A stretch of 63,202 nucleotides of DNA, filler included, from Vannella sp. (GCA_023345925.1; 5 parts of 5 records of this genome joined end to end with filler, not necessarily neighbours in it), one strand, 5' to 3'; shown: positions 34,701-45,689, counted from the whole stretch's first letter. Translations and numbers: made by a program. Notes: generated by a model not told the origin, from the letters alone.

Positions 34701-37700
34701 TTATTCTGATGCAAGAGACTTTCTGCGCAAGTTGCAGCGTAAAACTCTCGGTCATCACTGTTGAGGGATGCTAACCTATCTAGCATATAAAAGGCGGTGA
34801 CCATTGTTGGATCTTCCATAGAGGCGCTCAAGGAGACACTTTCTCGGTTATTTGCTTCTCGTGTAACACCCAACGCTGCTGTTATATCGAGAAGGTCCGC
34901 TGCTCGAGTAGCAGTCGAAAGAGCAGCGTGCAAAACCTGCTCGAATTGCAGGGGAGGGAATCTGTCTCTTAGAAGAGAGAGACAAGGATAAAGGTGGAAG
35001 CGAGAGCGAGCTGCAGCGTCACGCAGAGAATGTACAATAAGATCTAAGCGGTCCAAGTCACATTGAAGAGAGACAGACTCTTCAAGAAGTAACTTCCGGC
35101 AATCCATTCCCAAACTGATAAGACCAATCAGAGCGTCGGTTTTAAGTTGTGTTGGGTCAAGCTCGAGTAAAGCTGTGAGTGCTTCGTTATCGAGTGGAGC
35201 AGGGGTGTCTTTACTGAGCATAGACCTTAATGAGGACAGTGCACTCGTAATCTTGGACTTGGAAAGGTTGGGAGGAGAGAACTTTCGAACAATGTACAAA
35301 AGAATGTCCCGAAGCTTCCCTACTTGGAAATTTGAACTTTCACAAGTGAATGGTAATGCACTGAGAAGTGGTGACCATCTATGGAGAGTCTTGACGGAGA
35401 ATGTGGGAGGGAATTGCCAGAATAAGCGGGGAATGAAGGTATCAAGATGGACAGCAATGTTGTAAGAGGCATTCTCGTTGTCTCCCCACCTTTCAAACGA
35501 TCTGTTCTGCTCACAAATAGCGTGGCGAGCTTCATCGACCATAAGCAAGTGATTCACATACCCAAAATACTCCTGAGTTGATGCCACCACATTAAAATCC
35601 TGGAATCCTCCGCACAAGCTCGCCACAAAATACTTTTGGAGGTAATCAGCAGGTTCTTGGGGAAAGTGAGAGGAGTAAGGCAGTTGGATCCAAGCTTCAG
35701 AGGAGATCTTCATGTCTCTGTGGAAGCTTGAAGGAGGCTTTAGACTGACAAAAAATCGGAGGCATCGATGAATCACCCAGCCCCACTTGGTTGTATCAAA
35801 GCAAGCTGCCTTTTGTAGAGAATTGCAAACCTCCGGCGAAAAGAGCTTCAGTTTGAAGATAATCTCGCCTGCAGCGCAACAAAAGTCACTGATCCTCTGC
35901 GCTGAGGGAAACTCTTCTTCAATAACAATTTGGATTGTTTCTTTTGGATGGGAAAGGGCTTGCGCAAAGAAGTCCTTCACCGGGCTGTCATCGAGAGAGA
36001 CGATATCCTCAAAAGCTTTCTCAATACGATATCGGAGTAATTCAAAAGAGTTATTGTCGTACTTGTTCTGGTTGGCATAGCTGAGGACAAGGAGAACCTG
36101 GAGCTTTCTTGCAACGCTCTGAGGCATGGATCTCATCTCTCCTAATGCAGCAACGAGAAGTAGAGAAGCGCGAGGCATGAGTGAGCCTGATAAGTTGTTG
36201 TCAGACTGGAGGAGTCTCAGCAGCATTTCCTCTTTCTCAGGGGCTTCCCAGCGCTCGCTGAGCATTCCCAATGCAAGAAGAAGCGGTTCTCTCCATCTGG
36301 CATCGCCAATATGAGCAATCATATTCTCAGCCGCCTTTTCAACACCAATACTGGCTGTGTCTCCGCCGACCAAGTGCCATCCAGCGAGATATTCTTGAAA
36401 GCTTTGGTGCAAGAATCCAAACATGGACTCACCTCGAGCTACTAAGAAACCCACTTGCTCCCCAATTACTTGGATGAAACGGGTCACTTCAGCTTCCACA
36501 TGTTCCTCTGAGACCTCCATAGCACTTTCCTTTGAATAAAAGTCCTTCCGAGCTGCCAGGATCTTCTCGTGGAGATCCTCTTTGCTTATCAAACCCATCG
36601 CACGGTTTTGGTGCAAATAGGCTGCTAAAGGGGCAAGTGTGCGGATTGTTTCGTCAAGAGTGAGCCCACAATCTCTCCAAACGTCAACAAGAATGGACAT
36701 TGCCACGCGATAGAGTTGCGCTCGTCTCTTAGGGAGACTCATTTTCTGCTTTCGGAAAACAAGGGCCAAAATGGTAAGGAGAAGAGGATTCTCGGCAAGC
36801 CTGCGAACGCCTGGTTGCTGGCAAATCACTTGATGAAGCTTTTTGGCTTCTTCCAAAGCAAGTTCGATGACTGAAGTGGGATCGTGTTCCCCTCTGTTCT
36901 CTATTTTGTGGACAGCAACCATCCAACTGGAGCAAAAGGCCTGAATGGAAGATTCCTTCATCGGTTGGATAGTTACATGAGTAAGAGGACTTCGCATTGG
37001 GGCACTGTGATAGCCTGCAATGCGACTGGTTACCACAATTTGGTTGCCTCCAGTATCCACAGGTCTTCCAAGCAATTCAATAGCTCTGTCAATAGCCTGA
37101 AGTCGCTCCCAACCTTCTAAGTCATCGAACTGAGAAGGATCCTGGCGGTAGATCCACTGCCAAGTAAACTTATCGACATGTCGGACAACGTCCTGTCGCT
37201 GTTGAGGATTGGCCACTTCGTCTAAGCCGTCCACAATGATGACTGCTCTTCCACGTTTAAGGCTATCTACAATTAACTCATGCAACGTTTCCAAGCATAG
37301 CTCCTGTCCCTCGTACGAAGGGAAAGACCCTTGCCATGGATGGTAGCCCAGATACTCTAAAAGAGACACTTTCCGGTTCTGACTTTCCGCCTTTTCCAGA
37401 AACTGAGCAAAGTCAGCTACTCGGACGAGAATAGGTAACCTGGTCAGTCCGGCATCGACCAGAGTGTGTGCACGTCTTGTATCAGCGTTGGACAATCTCA
37501 CTTGAGAGGCAACTACTTTCACTCGTTCCTTCTTCTCGAGAAGAGAGCGCGCTAGCTGAAGTGCTACCCAGCGAGCAAGAGTAGTCTTACCACCACCAGG
37601 GTCACCTAGCACGACCAATCCTCGTTCCGATTGAAAAGCTTGTCCCAAGGAGATCATTTCCTCCTCTGAAGAGCGGTGTAGGAAAGATGGAGCTGCAGGA

Positions 37701-39006
37701 CTCTCAATAAGCTGGGACAATACCGCTGCGTGCCTATCCTCTGGCAGGAATCCCTTATCAGCCCGTGCTTCCAGCTCCACAACTTGTTGTTCCAGTCGCT
37801 GGAACGCCTGAAGTCTCTCATAAGAGCCAGCGCGATCCACTTTCAGTGATAAATACACGCTTTCGAGATCAATAGAAGGAGGCGCTGCGTCAGTGGCACT
37901 GTCAACCCCAGGAAGTATCAATTCCCGATGGGAGTTGACCATCCAAAGCAGATACTTTCGAGCTACTCGCTCGTACTGGCCCCCAAAGTAGAGATGCCAG
38001 TCGTCTTGAGTCAGAGACAATTGAGAGCAATTCCCGGGTGTTCGTTGGGCTTCCTGGATGATACGGCTGAGTGACAAGTAGAGAGACTCTTCTGCTGTCT
38101 TTGAAGGGGTTTCGTTGGCTTTAGAGAGTCTCGAGGGGTCTGCGTTGTGCTTGAGAAGGGACACAGCGCACTGCCAGTGGCCAGATCGGCAGGCCAAGTG
38201 CAAAGGAGTCTCATTTGCAGTGGGTTCTGAGGCATTCACCTCAGCGCCATGGCAAATGAGCAACTCCACGATGTCTTTGTGCCCGTTTTCTGCTGCCAGG
38301 TGCAACGCAGTGAACCCTCCCGGGAAGCTTCTGTTCTTCCATGTCAGTTCAAGCGAGGGATCTTGCTATGAGAGGTGCCTTACGCTCTGGGAAGCTGAAT
38401 GCCATCACTTGTGGGTTGATCCACGCTACCCTCAGGCAGAGGGAGCTCCAAAATCTTGCGAAGAATGCGGTAACGCCCTCGCATTGCCGCTATATGGATC
38501 GCAGTATATCCCCAGTCATCCGGTGTACAGCAGTATGACGCGAACACACTCGGAGGGACCTGTTCACCCTCACAATTGGCAAGGACAGCAAAGACGATGT
38601 CCTCAAAGCCTTGTTCTGTCGCAGCTTGGACCACATTTCGTCGTTGAGAGAAGAACTGATACTCCTCTGAAGCGAGAGCAATCGGATTGATGCTCTCTCC
38701 TTGGAGTAACGAGCGAAAGAGCCTCGAATGACCAAAAAGAGCGGCAAACCGGACTCGTTCAGGGACAGGGAGGGTGAACAAGTGCGTATAGATCCACTTA
38801 AAGTTGTCATAGTAGATGTTACCACTACTAGATATGTGCTCGTGCGGTTTCCCTCCAATACTCTGCTCAAAAAGGCCCCTCCAGAGCTCTCCATCCCCCA
38901 GCAGCTCCCTCCACCGCCGGCAGACCAGTGCTGCTACTGGAAACGAGCGTCTGGGGTCCAGAAACCCAAGCACTCTCAAAAGGATCTCATCCGGAAGGCC
39001 CTCCAT
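31766..39006 (-). CDS. F-box + ankyrin + NACHT NTPase + helical repeat protein (~2395 aa)
   Basis: F-box LPDEILLRVLGFLD..VCRRW; in-frame joining intron 38331-38383; ankyrin repeats; Walker A GDPGGGKT; Walker B IIVDGLDE; VTSR; NPLLL; FLHQSFQEYLA; WREPLLL. Confidence 0.88.
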
Positions 39007-39050
39007 CCCCTCCTCGCCCAGGAAGAGCAAAAAATGAAGCAAAAGCGCCA

Positions 39051-39524
39051 TTATTGGGGCCCTTCGGCACTTATTGTTGCGCTTGCTGGGGTTGGGAGCT
39101 TGCTAGGAGACGATAGACGTCGTTTGGTGAGCTTCTCTTTCTCTTTGATGTGTTGTTGGGAGTAGAGAGAGCCCAGATCCTCCGTTGCGATGTTTTGGCG
39201 ACTGTGGCGGACTTGTGGAGGTCGTAGATCGGTTCCAGAGAGGCGAAGCTTCTTGGTTTGGGGCTGATCTTCTAGATAGCTTTCTGTGGGTCTCTTTGAA
39301 GGAGGAAGGGCCAATGCCTCGTCGCTAGTGCCAGCGCCTCCCAACTTGGGCTTTGGAAGAGCGAGTTTCCGCTGTTTCTTGGCCTTTGAGGGAGGAAGGT
39401 TATGCTCTACTCCTCCTGTCTCTGTTTCTATCACACTGAACGGACTAACCAAAGGCTGTCGAGCAACTTCTGGACGTTTTGGCTCCTCCTCTTCTGAGAG
39501 GTACTCCGCTAGGCCCGGGATCAT
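39051..39524 (-). CDS. Small uncharacterised basic/proline-rich protein
   Basis: 157-aa ATG ORF filling the intergenic space; conserved-looking GLAEY and PPQV..RQNIATED ends. Confidence 0.6.
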   Translation of the reverse strand: MIPGLAEYLSEEEEPKRPEVARQPLVSPFSVIETETGGVEHNLPPSKAKKQRKLALPKPKLGGAGTSDEALALPPSKRPTESYLEDQPQTKKLRLSGTDLRPPQVRHSRQNIATEDLGSLYSQQHIKEKEKLTKRRLSSPSKLPTPASATISAEGPQ

Positions 39525-39653
39525 ATCAAATGGACGCCATTACCTTCCTCATGACAAGAGCTCACGTTGGAGACTTGATTGGGTCCCGCAAAGTCGAACT
39601 CCGAGACTTCCCGAGACTCCGATTGCTCTTCCGAACCATTCTCTCCGTCCCTG

Positions 39654-40640
39654 ATGAGCGGTGTCGCGGATCTTCGCCATTTGACTCTGTTGGACGGTGT
39701 GCAAGCCTTTTGGCGATCTGCTGGTCTTGTTCAATCGGACCTGGAGTGGGTGAAGCAAGTGGGACTGAGCGATTCGTATCGGATGGGCGACCCTTTCGTT
39801 AGTGTGGTGTGGCTTATGGTCGTTGTGAGCTCCCTCTGCTTTGTATTGGGGTTGGTAATGAGGAACTACTCTCATGTGGACCGTATCTGGTCCATTATTC
39901 CCTTGGTATACTGCTGGCACTTCCTTTACCATGCTTGGCTCAACACAGGCCTTCTCAACGAGCGCTTGGTGGTAATGACAGCTCTTGTCACCGTCTGGGG
40001 TGTCCGTTTGAGCTACAACTTTGCTCGCAAAGGAGGCTACAGCCTCACTGAGGAGGATTACCGCTGGCCTGAGCTTCGCAAGATCATCACGAACCGCTTT
40101 CTCTTCGAGATCTTCAACTTGACCTTCATCTCCTTCTACCAGAATGCACTGCTGCTGATGATCACGCTTCCAATGTACTATTCCTACCTGAGTGTTGGTG
40201 TGGAGTGGAGTTGGTTCGATACCCTTGCCACTGGCTCCTTCCTTTTCTTCCTAGTACTTGAGACCGTCTCTGATCAACAGCAATGGAACTATCAAACGAC
40301 CAAGCACGGCATGATCAAGGACAAGAAGCCTTTGTTTGGCAAGTACAAGGTTGGCTTCAACCACACTGGCCTCTTCCGCTACTCACGGCATCCCAACTTC
40401 CTTGGGGAGATGTCCATTTGGTGGTCCTTCTACCTGTTCTCCTTGAGCCACACGCCTCTCTCTCTCATCAATCAGTCCGTCATTGGCACCATTCTCCTCA
40501 CTCTCCTCTTCCAAGGCTCCACCAACTTCACAGAAGGTATCACTGCACGCAAGTATCCAGAGTACAACGTCTACAAGAAGGGAACGTCGTGCTTCTTCCC
40601 ATTGCCGTCGTCATACCGTCCGCCCTACAAGAACGAATAA
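39654..40640 (+). CDS. DUF1295 / steroid 5-alpha-reductase-like membrane protein
   Basis: NYSHVDRIWSIIP, WGVRLSYNFARKGGY, EDYRW, GLFRYSRHPNFLGE. Confidence 0.9.
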   Translation: MSGVADLRHLTLLDGVQAFWRSAGLVQSDLEWVKQVGLSDSYRMGDPFVSVVWLMVVVSSLCFVLGLVMRNYSHVDRIWSIIPLVYCWHFLYHAWLNTGLLNERLVVMTALVTVWGVRLSYNFARKGGYSLTEEDYRWPELRKIITNRFLFEIFNLTFISFYQNALLLMITLPMYYSYLSVGVEWSWFDTLATGSFLFFLVLETVSDQQQWNYQTTKHGMIKDKKPLFGKYKVGFNHTGLFRYSRHPNFLGEMSIWWSFYLFSLSHTPLSLINQSVIGTILLTLLFQGSTNFTEGITARKYPEYNVYKKGTSCFFPLPSSYRPPYKNE

Positions 40641-40687
40641 AGGTTGTTCTGGACACGCAAGAGGCTTCATAGGGTCATACCCAAGAG

Positions 40688-41773
40688 TTAGTTGAACTTC
40701 TTGGCACCAGTGGCGTAGCCAGCCACTTGGGGCTCCCACTTGGCAGTGGGCTTATCCTCCCCAAACCCGTCGGAGTAGTTGCCCTTGGACTGGAAGAGCT
40801 GCTTGAAGTGGGGCTTGCAGTAGTACTTGCCACTGAGGGCAGCAAAGTTCCCAAGTCCGAGAGTCTTCTTGCAGTGAGCGCACTTCATGCACACCTTGTG
40901 GAAGACTACGCCATCGGCCACCATCTTGTCCATCGCGTAGACTGTCTTGTCACAGACAGAGCACTTCTCAGACTGAACCTTGAACATGCCAGTACTTGGT
41001 GAGCTCTTTGCAGACGGGGTGGGAGTGTCTGGGTTGTCTTCCACCTTGAAGGCCGCCATTCTGCTCGCGAGAGAGGGCTTCTCTTGCTTTGGCTCTTCTA
41101 CAACGACCTGAGTGGGTTCTTCTACTTTGTTTGCGGTTTCTTCTATAGGCAAAGGAGCAGCCTCTTCCTCCTTTGGCTCTTGAACAGCATCGCGAGCTTC
41201 CTCTTCCTGAGAAACGGCAATTTCCGCCTCGCCCTCCTCAGTATCAGCGGATGAATCAATGTCATCTCCTACGAAAGGTTCTGTTTCATCAGGAGAGCTC
41301 TCAACAGGGGCCTCCTGTGCCTCAGGGGCGGCAACTTCCACCTCATCCTCCTCACTCTCCGTGGCCGTAGCATTGATATCTTCAACAATAGCTTCCTTCT
41401 CTTCAGGAGAGCTTTCGACAGGGGCCTCCTCTTTGGGAGAAGGAGTAGGAGAGGGAGAGGCGACCGGAATGTCCTCTACCTCCACTTTCGCTGCTGTTGA
41501 GGGCGCAGATTCAGTCTCAGTCTTCTTGTTCCACTTAGCAGTGGGCTTCTCCTCTCCGAACCCTTCGGAATAGTTGCCCTTGGACTGGAAAAGCTGCTTA
41601 AAGTGGGGCTTGCAGTAGTACTTGCCACTGAGGGCAGCAAAGTTCCCCAAGCTGAGGGACTTCCCACAGTGCTCACACTTCATACAACCAGTCTTGTGGA
41701 AGATTTTGTTATCCGCCACCATTCTCTCCATCGCATAAGCGGTCTTCCCACACACCACGCACTTCTCACTCAT
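40688..41773 (-). CDS. Two-LIM-domain actin-binding protein with acidic linker
   Basis: Two CxxC..H..C..CxxC..YYCKPHFKQLFQSKGNY domains. Confidence 0.92.
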   Translation of the reverse strand: MSEKCVVCGKTAYAMERMVADNKIFHKTGCMKCEHCGKSLSLGNFAALSGKYYCKPHFKQLFQSKGNYSEGFGEEKPTAKWNKKTETESAPSTAAKVEVEDIPVASPSPTPSPKEEAPVESSPEEKEAIVEDINATATESEEDEVEVAAPEAQEAPVESSPDETEPFVGDDIDSSADTEEGEAEIAVSQEEEARDAVQEPKEEEAAPLPIEETANKVEEPTQVVVEEPKQEKPSLASRMAAFKVEDNPDTPTPSAKSSPSTGMFKVQSEKCSVCDKTVYAMDKMVADGVVFHKVCMKCAHCKKTLGLGNFAALSGKYYCKPHFKQLFQSKGNYSDGFGEDKPTAKWEPQVAGYATGAKKFN

Positions 41774-41953
41774 CACAGACAGTGCCAAGATTCAAATGAC
41801 AATTGCGAATAGGATTTTAGAACCAAAAGATTGGTCTGATAGCAAAAGGGACGAAAAGATGAACTCCCAAAGAGGAGCTCGTGTGACTGGTGGGAATGGT
41901 GATGCCTCTCTCTCTCTCTCTCCTCAGGTCAGCACTGGCACGTGCGAATGAAT

Positions 41954-42053
41954 NNNNNNNNNNNNNNNNNNNNNNNNNNNNNNNNNNNNNNNNNNNNTTA
42001 ATTAATTAANNNNNNNNNNNNNNNNNNNNNNNNNNNNNNNNNNNNNNNNNNNN
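41954..42053. other. Artificial contig spacer
   Basis: N44-TTAATTAATTAA-N44. Confidence 0.98.
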
Positions 42054-42132
42054 AAATGACCCAAAATCCTTCTCAAAGCGCTTATCTACAACAGTTTATG
42101 ATCACATGAGCGCTCGCTGCCCCTCTACCTCG

Positions 42133-43440
42133 TCAAACAAAGATGTGAACGGGGTTCTTGACGGGCGGGTTCGGGGCAGCTTGGCAGCGGCTGGGTTGTT
42201 GCAAGGAGATGAGATACTCTACGGTGCGATAGTGGCGGAGCTTGATGGCGCTATGGAGAGGCGTATCACCATCGTTGTTGCGGGACTTGGGGTCGCTTCC
42301 ATGCTCGACGAGCCAGTGGGCGGTCTTTTGGTGTCCGTTGACCGCTGCCCGATGGAGAGGGGAGGATCCCTCATGATTGAGAGCATTCACATCAGCGCCG
42401 TGTTGCCATAGCCAATGTACAGTGGCTTGGTGGCCTTGGGCAGCGGCAGCATGCATTGGAGTGTCACCAAAGTGGTTACGAACGTTGAGGTCAGCTCCTT
42501 GCTCCACCATCCAACGTACTGTAAACAGGTGCTCGTTATACGTAGCGTAATGAAGCGGGGTAAACCCGTTCTCGTTTCGATCAGAGAGACTCGCTCCGTG
42601 CTGAACGAGCCACTTCACCGCCGACAGCGCCCCAAAGCGAGCAGCACGGTGTAAAGGAGTATCTCCATCTTGGTTGCGGATGTTAATGTCAGCTCCCGCG
42701 TCCAGCAGAGCCCGTAAAGTAGAATCAGAAGACTGGACTACGGCGAGATGCAAGAGCGCGTCGCCGTACTTGTTCTTCAAAGATATCAGAGCGCCATGCT
42801 GAACCAAACAACGTACTGTCTCGGGTCCACGTCCCCGCCCAATCACCAAGAAGAGCGGAGTAGCGCCATCCTTGTTGCGAATGTTCACGTCAACGCCGTG
42901 TTCAACCACAGAGATGATCTCCTCATCTGTAGTGGCCTCACGGACGATCTCTCGATGCAAGGGAGAGTTCCCTGTGCGGTTCTGCGTCTGCAAATAGGTC
43001 CCATAACGTTTGATCTTCTCCCTGATGGAGAAGAAGTGGAACCTTCCACTCGTTGTCAAGTCATCCAAGTGTCCCTTGCAGCAGTGAAGCCGAACGCAAA
43101 GCTGTTGCCAGACAAAGTCGTCTCCTGAGAGACGCTTCCAACGTTGGGCCACGAGCGCTGTGGCAGCCAGATCACGCAGGTCTAAGAAGGTAAGGATGTG
43201 AATGATGATCTCGTCAGGAACGTAGTCAAAGGGGGAGAACGGAGAGTCCTCCTGGCTGCCCTTCCCGCGCGGGGAAATCAAGAAGAAGCGGCGTTCTCGA
43301 GACTTGGAGCGTGAGAGAGAGCGTCGTAACTCCTTGTTGTCTCCCCTTTCCCGTGATTTCGATCGATTTCTCTGGAAGAAAGCGTGTAAGGAGACCACAC
43401 AGTCAAAGAACCACTCCCAACGAACCTTATGGCCCATCAT
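42133..43440 (-). CDS. F-box + ankyrin repeat protein (start uncertain)
   Basis: VPDEIIIHILTFLD..VAQRW F-box followed by about 8 regular GxTPLH ankyrin repeats. Confidence 0.9.
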   Translation of the reverse strand: MMGHKVRWEWFFDCVVSLHAFFQRNRSKSRERGDNKELRRSLSRSKSRERRFFLISPRGKGSQEDSPFSPFDYVPDEIIIHILTFLDLRDLAATALVAQRWKRLSGDDFVWQQLCVRLHCCKGHLDDLTTSGRFHFFSIREKIKRYGTYLQTQNRTGNSPLHREIVREATTDEEIISVVEHGVDVNIRNKDGATPLFLVIGRGRGPETVRCLVQHGALISLKNKYGDALLHLAVVQSSDSTLRALLDAGADINIRNQDGDTPLHRAARFGALSAVKWLVQHGASLSDRNENGFTPLHYATYNEHLFTVRWMVEQGADLNVRNHFGDTPMHAAAAQGHQATVHWLWQHGADVNALNHEGSSPLHRAAVNGHQKTAHWLVEHGSDPKSRNNDGDTPLHSAIKLRHYRTVEYLISLQQPSRCQAAPNPPVKNPVHIFV

Positions 43441-43767
43441 CCTTCACCAAAGCTGACTCCACACCAACAGAACCTACTTCTAGAAGCAAAGCGATCTACT
43501 CTCACCCACCCATCAATTCCACGACCCCACACGAAGAACAAAGCTTCCTACCAGGTGAAGGTCGCCTTCGAATGAACGAAGATCCCAAAGAATGAATCGA
43601 AAATGATTCTTCATTGAAGACACAATACCAAGAAGAACGGGGCATTGATTGAGCTGAAACGGGATCAGAACTTAGCTGAATTGTTGACTTCGCTGCAGAA
43701 GGGGTCCTGAAGAGCTAAAATTCGACCGGGAACGGGAAAAAAGTGATTTTTATATGATTTTACAGTT

Positions 43768-45624
43768 TCACTTTTTGGTGGTATTGGGACATGATTGGGA
43801 TGTGAAGTCACTTTTGGTGGAGAGGAGCTGGAGGGTACGTGGGCCACTGGTGGTGAGGAGGAGGTGGTGGAGAGTGGGGAGACAACCGTCCCATTGAAAG
43901 GGGATGATGGAGAGCTCGATAGAGTGGGTTTGGCAAAGGGCCAGTTTCTCTTCATCTCGAGATTGGTACATTTCCAGCGGACCAAAAGCAGCCAGGTCAG
44001 AGTAGTGATGTGCGCCGTTGTATTCGAATCCTATCTGATGCGCTGGCATGAACACGTCAATCTCCACTCGAGCGCCAGACACTCTCGTTAACTGTTCATG
44101 AACGTAGTCTTCGATTAACTCTTCTGCAGGGAACAGACGTCTTAGCTGTAATGACATCCAACGCTGCTCTGAGCGTTTATCCCGTTGTGAGAACTTAGCA
44201 GCCTTCCAAGATACTTCTGGATAGACGGTCTCCATCAGCACCCGCATTGACCCATACTTTCGTAAGAGTCCCCCGCCACCTTGGTGTTGAATCTGGTCGG
44301 TGGAAACGCGGTACCAATCTTCCTCTGTCTCAATCTGAAAGGCGTGTTTCACTTCCTCCATGAACTGGCGGGCGTGAGGAATGGAGTCCCAGTAGCCTCT
44401 TGGAAACTGCCTGCGTTCGCCTTCATCCCAAGGATGTTCGGGATAGACCGCGCGGAGGAGTTCCACAAAATTGGTATAGTGACTTAGCAGTCCCGCGCCA
44501 CCTCGATCCTTGATCACCTGGACTGGTTGGTGGATCCAATCAGAGACATGAGAGAGTCCTAATTCACTTCCTAGTGTATCCATGAAGGAGCGTTGGTGTT
44601 CGAGACTCTTCCAATGGGAATAAGGCACTCGGGAGGCCTTTGTGACGATATTCCAGTCATGTTCGGGATAGATCTTCTGGAGAGCAGCAAAGAAAGAAGG
44701 GTAGTTACTTCCAACGATGTAGCGAAGAAGTGGGTGCTGGGAAATACGCACTTCTCTCCACTGGTGGAGAGATTGAAGGTCCAACTCACTTGCAAGCTGG
44801 TCCAAGTACTCCCGCTGGTGCACTACATCAACCCAATGTCCTTTTGGCTTTGGAAGGTCAGATTCAGACCGCCATTGAGCCCAAGGCGCCTCTGGAAAGA
44901 GAACTTCCAAAGCCTTCTGGAAGGTTCCATGACGATTCAATAACGCACTCCCACCAGCGTTCTTAATCTGCGCTGAACGCACTTTGGTCCAATCTCTTTG
45001 TTCCTGAACACCTAATTGAGGTGCTAGTTGCTGCAAGAAGGCTCTCTGGTTGGTGATTGAGTCCCAATACCCATTGGGTTTGTGTCTTCGAGTGTGAACG
45101 GAGCCTTGAAAGCTTCCTTCATAAGCAGCACTTAGTGCTTCTGTCATATTGGCATAACGAGCGAGGAGACCTGCTCCCCCATGCTTGGAAACCGTCTCTG
45201 AGGAGATCAGGTTCCACTCTGAGAGGCTGTTGAGACCCAACTTGACTCCTAGTGCCTTCCAGAAGTCCCTTTGATGGTCAAGGGAGGCCCAGTAGTTACG
45301 GGGCAAGCGGGCTGGGATGACAGGCCACGGGAGTTCGGGGTAAATCGTTCGTAGAGCAGTCCAAGCGTTCGGATATTGCGTGAGAAGTGTTGCCCCGCCA
45401 TGCTTCCGAAGGGCTTTGGCGTTGTCTGCTTTGAGCCAGTCAAGAGAAGACAGAAAGCCCTCTTTTCTGGCGACTTCGTCGGTAAACGAGCGTTGGTTTT
45501 CAAGGCTTGCCCAGTGCCCATCAGGTGAACGACGAACATGGCCAAGCCCGCGGTCTTCTTGCTGAGCCCCTGTTGTCATCCATCTGACACCCGGACCGAA
45601 AAGGCGAACCCGTTTCCCCGCCAT
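43768..45624 (-). CDS. Six ~75-aa tandem repeats + C-terminal PD-(D/E)xK (RAP/DUF559-like) nuclease-fold domain
   Basis: Repeat PxG[YH]W..QRxF..L...DW..GGxxLL..YPExxW; then SEQ..EIDVF..FEYNGAHHY..RDEEK..IIPF. Confidence 0.8.
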   Translation of the reverse strand: MAGKRVRLFGPGVRWMTTGAQQEDRGLGHVRRSPDGHWASLENQRSFTDEVARKEGFLSSLDWLKADNAKALRKHGGATLLTQYPNAWTALRTIYPELPWPVIPARLPRNYWASLDHQRDFWKALGVKLGLNSLSEWNLISSETVSKHGGAGLLARYANMTEALSAAYEGSFQGSVHTRRHKPNGYWDSITNQRAFLQQLAPQLGVQEQRDWTKVRSAQIKNAGGSALLNRHGTFQKALEVLFPEAPWAQWRSESDLPKPKGHWVDVVHQREYLDQLASELDLQSLHQWREVRISQHPLLRYIVGSNYPSFFAALQKIYPEHDWNIVTKASRVPYSHWKSLEHQRSFMDTLGSELGLSHVSDWIHQPVQVIKDRGGAGLLSHYTNFVELLRAVYPEHPWDEGERRQFPRGYWDSIPHARQFMEEVKHAFQIETEEDWYRVSTDQIQHQGGGGLLRKYGSMRVLMETVYPEVSWKAAKFSQRDKRSEQRWMSLQLRRLFPAEELIEDYVHEQLTRVSGARVEIDVFMPAHQIGFEYNGAHHYSDLAAFGPLEMYQSRDEEKLALCQTHSIELSIIPFQWDGCLPTLHHLLLTTSGPRTLQLLSTKSDFTSQSCPNTTKK

Positions 45625-45689
45625 GCGGCCCTCACCTGCAGAAAATGAATAAGGAGAGAGGGAACAGCGCTGTATTCTTGCGTTTGTGG

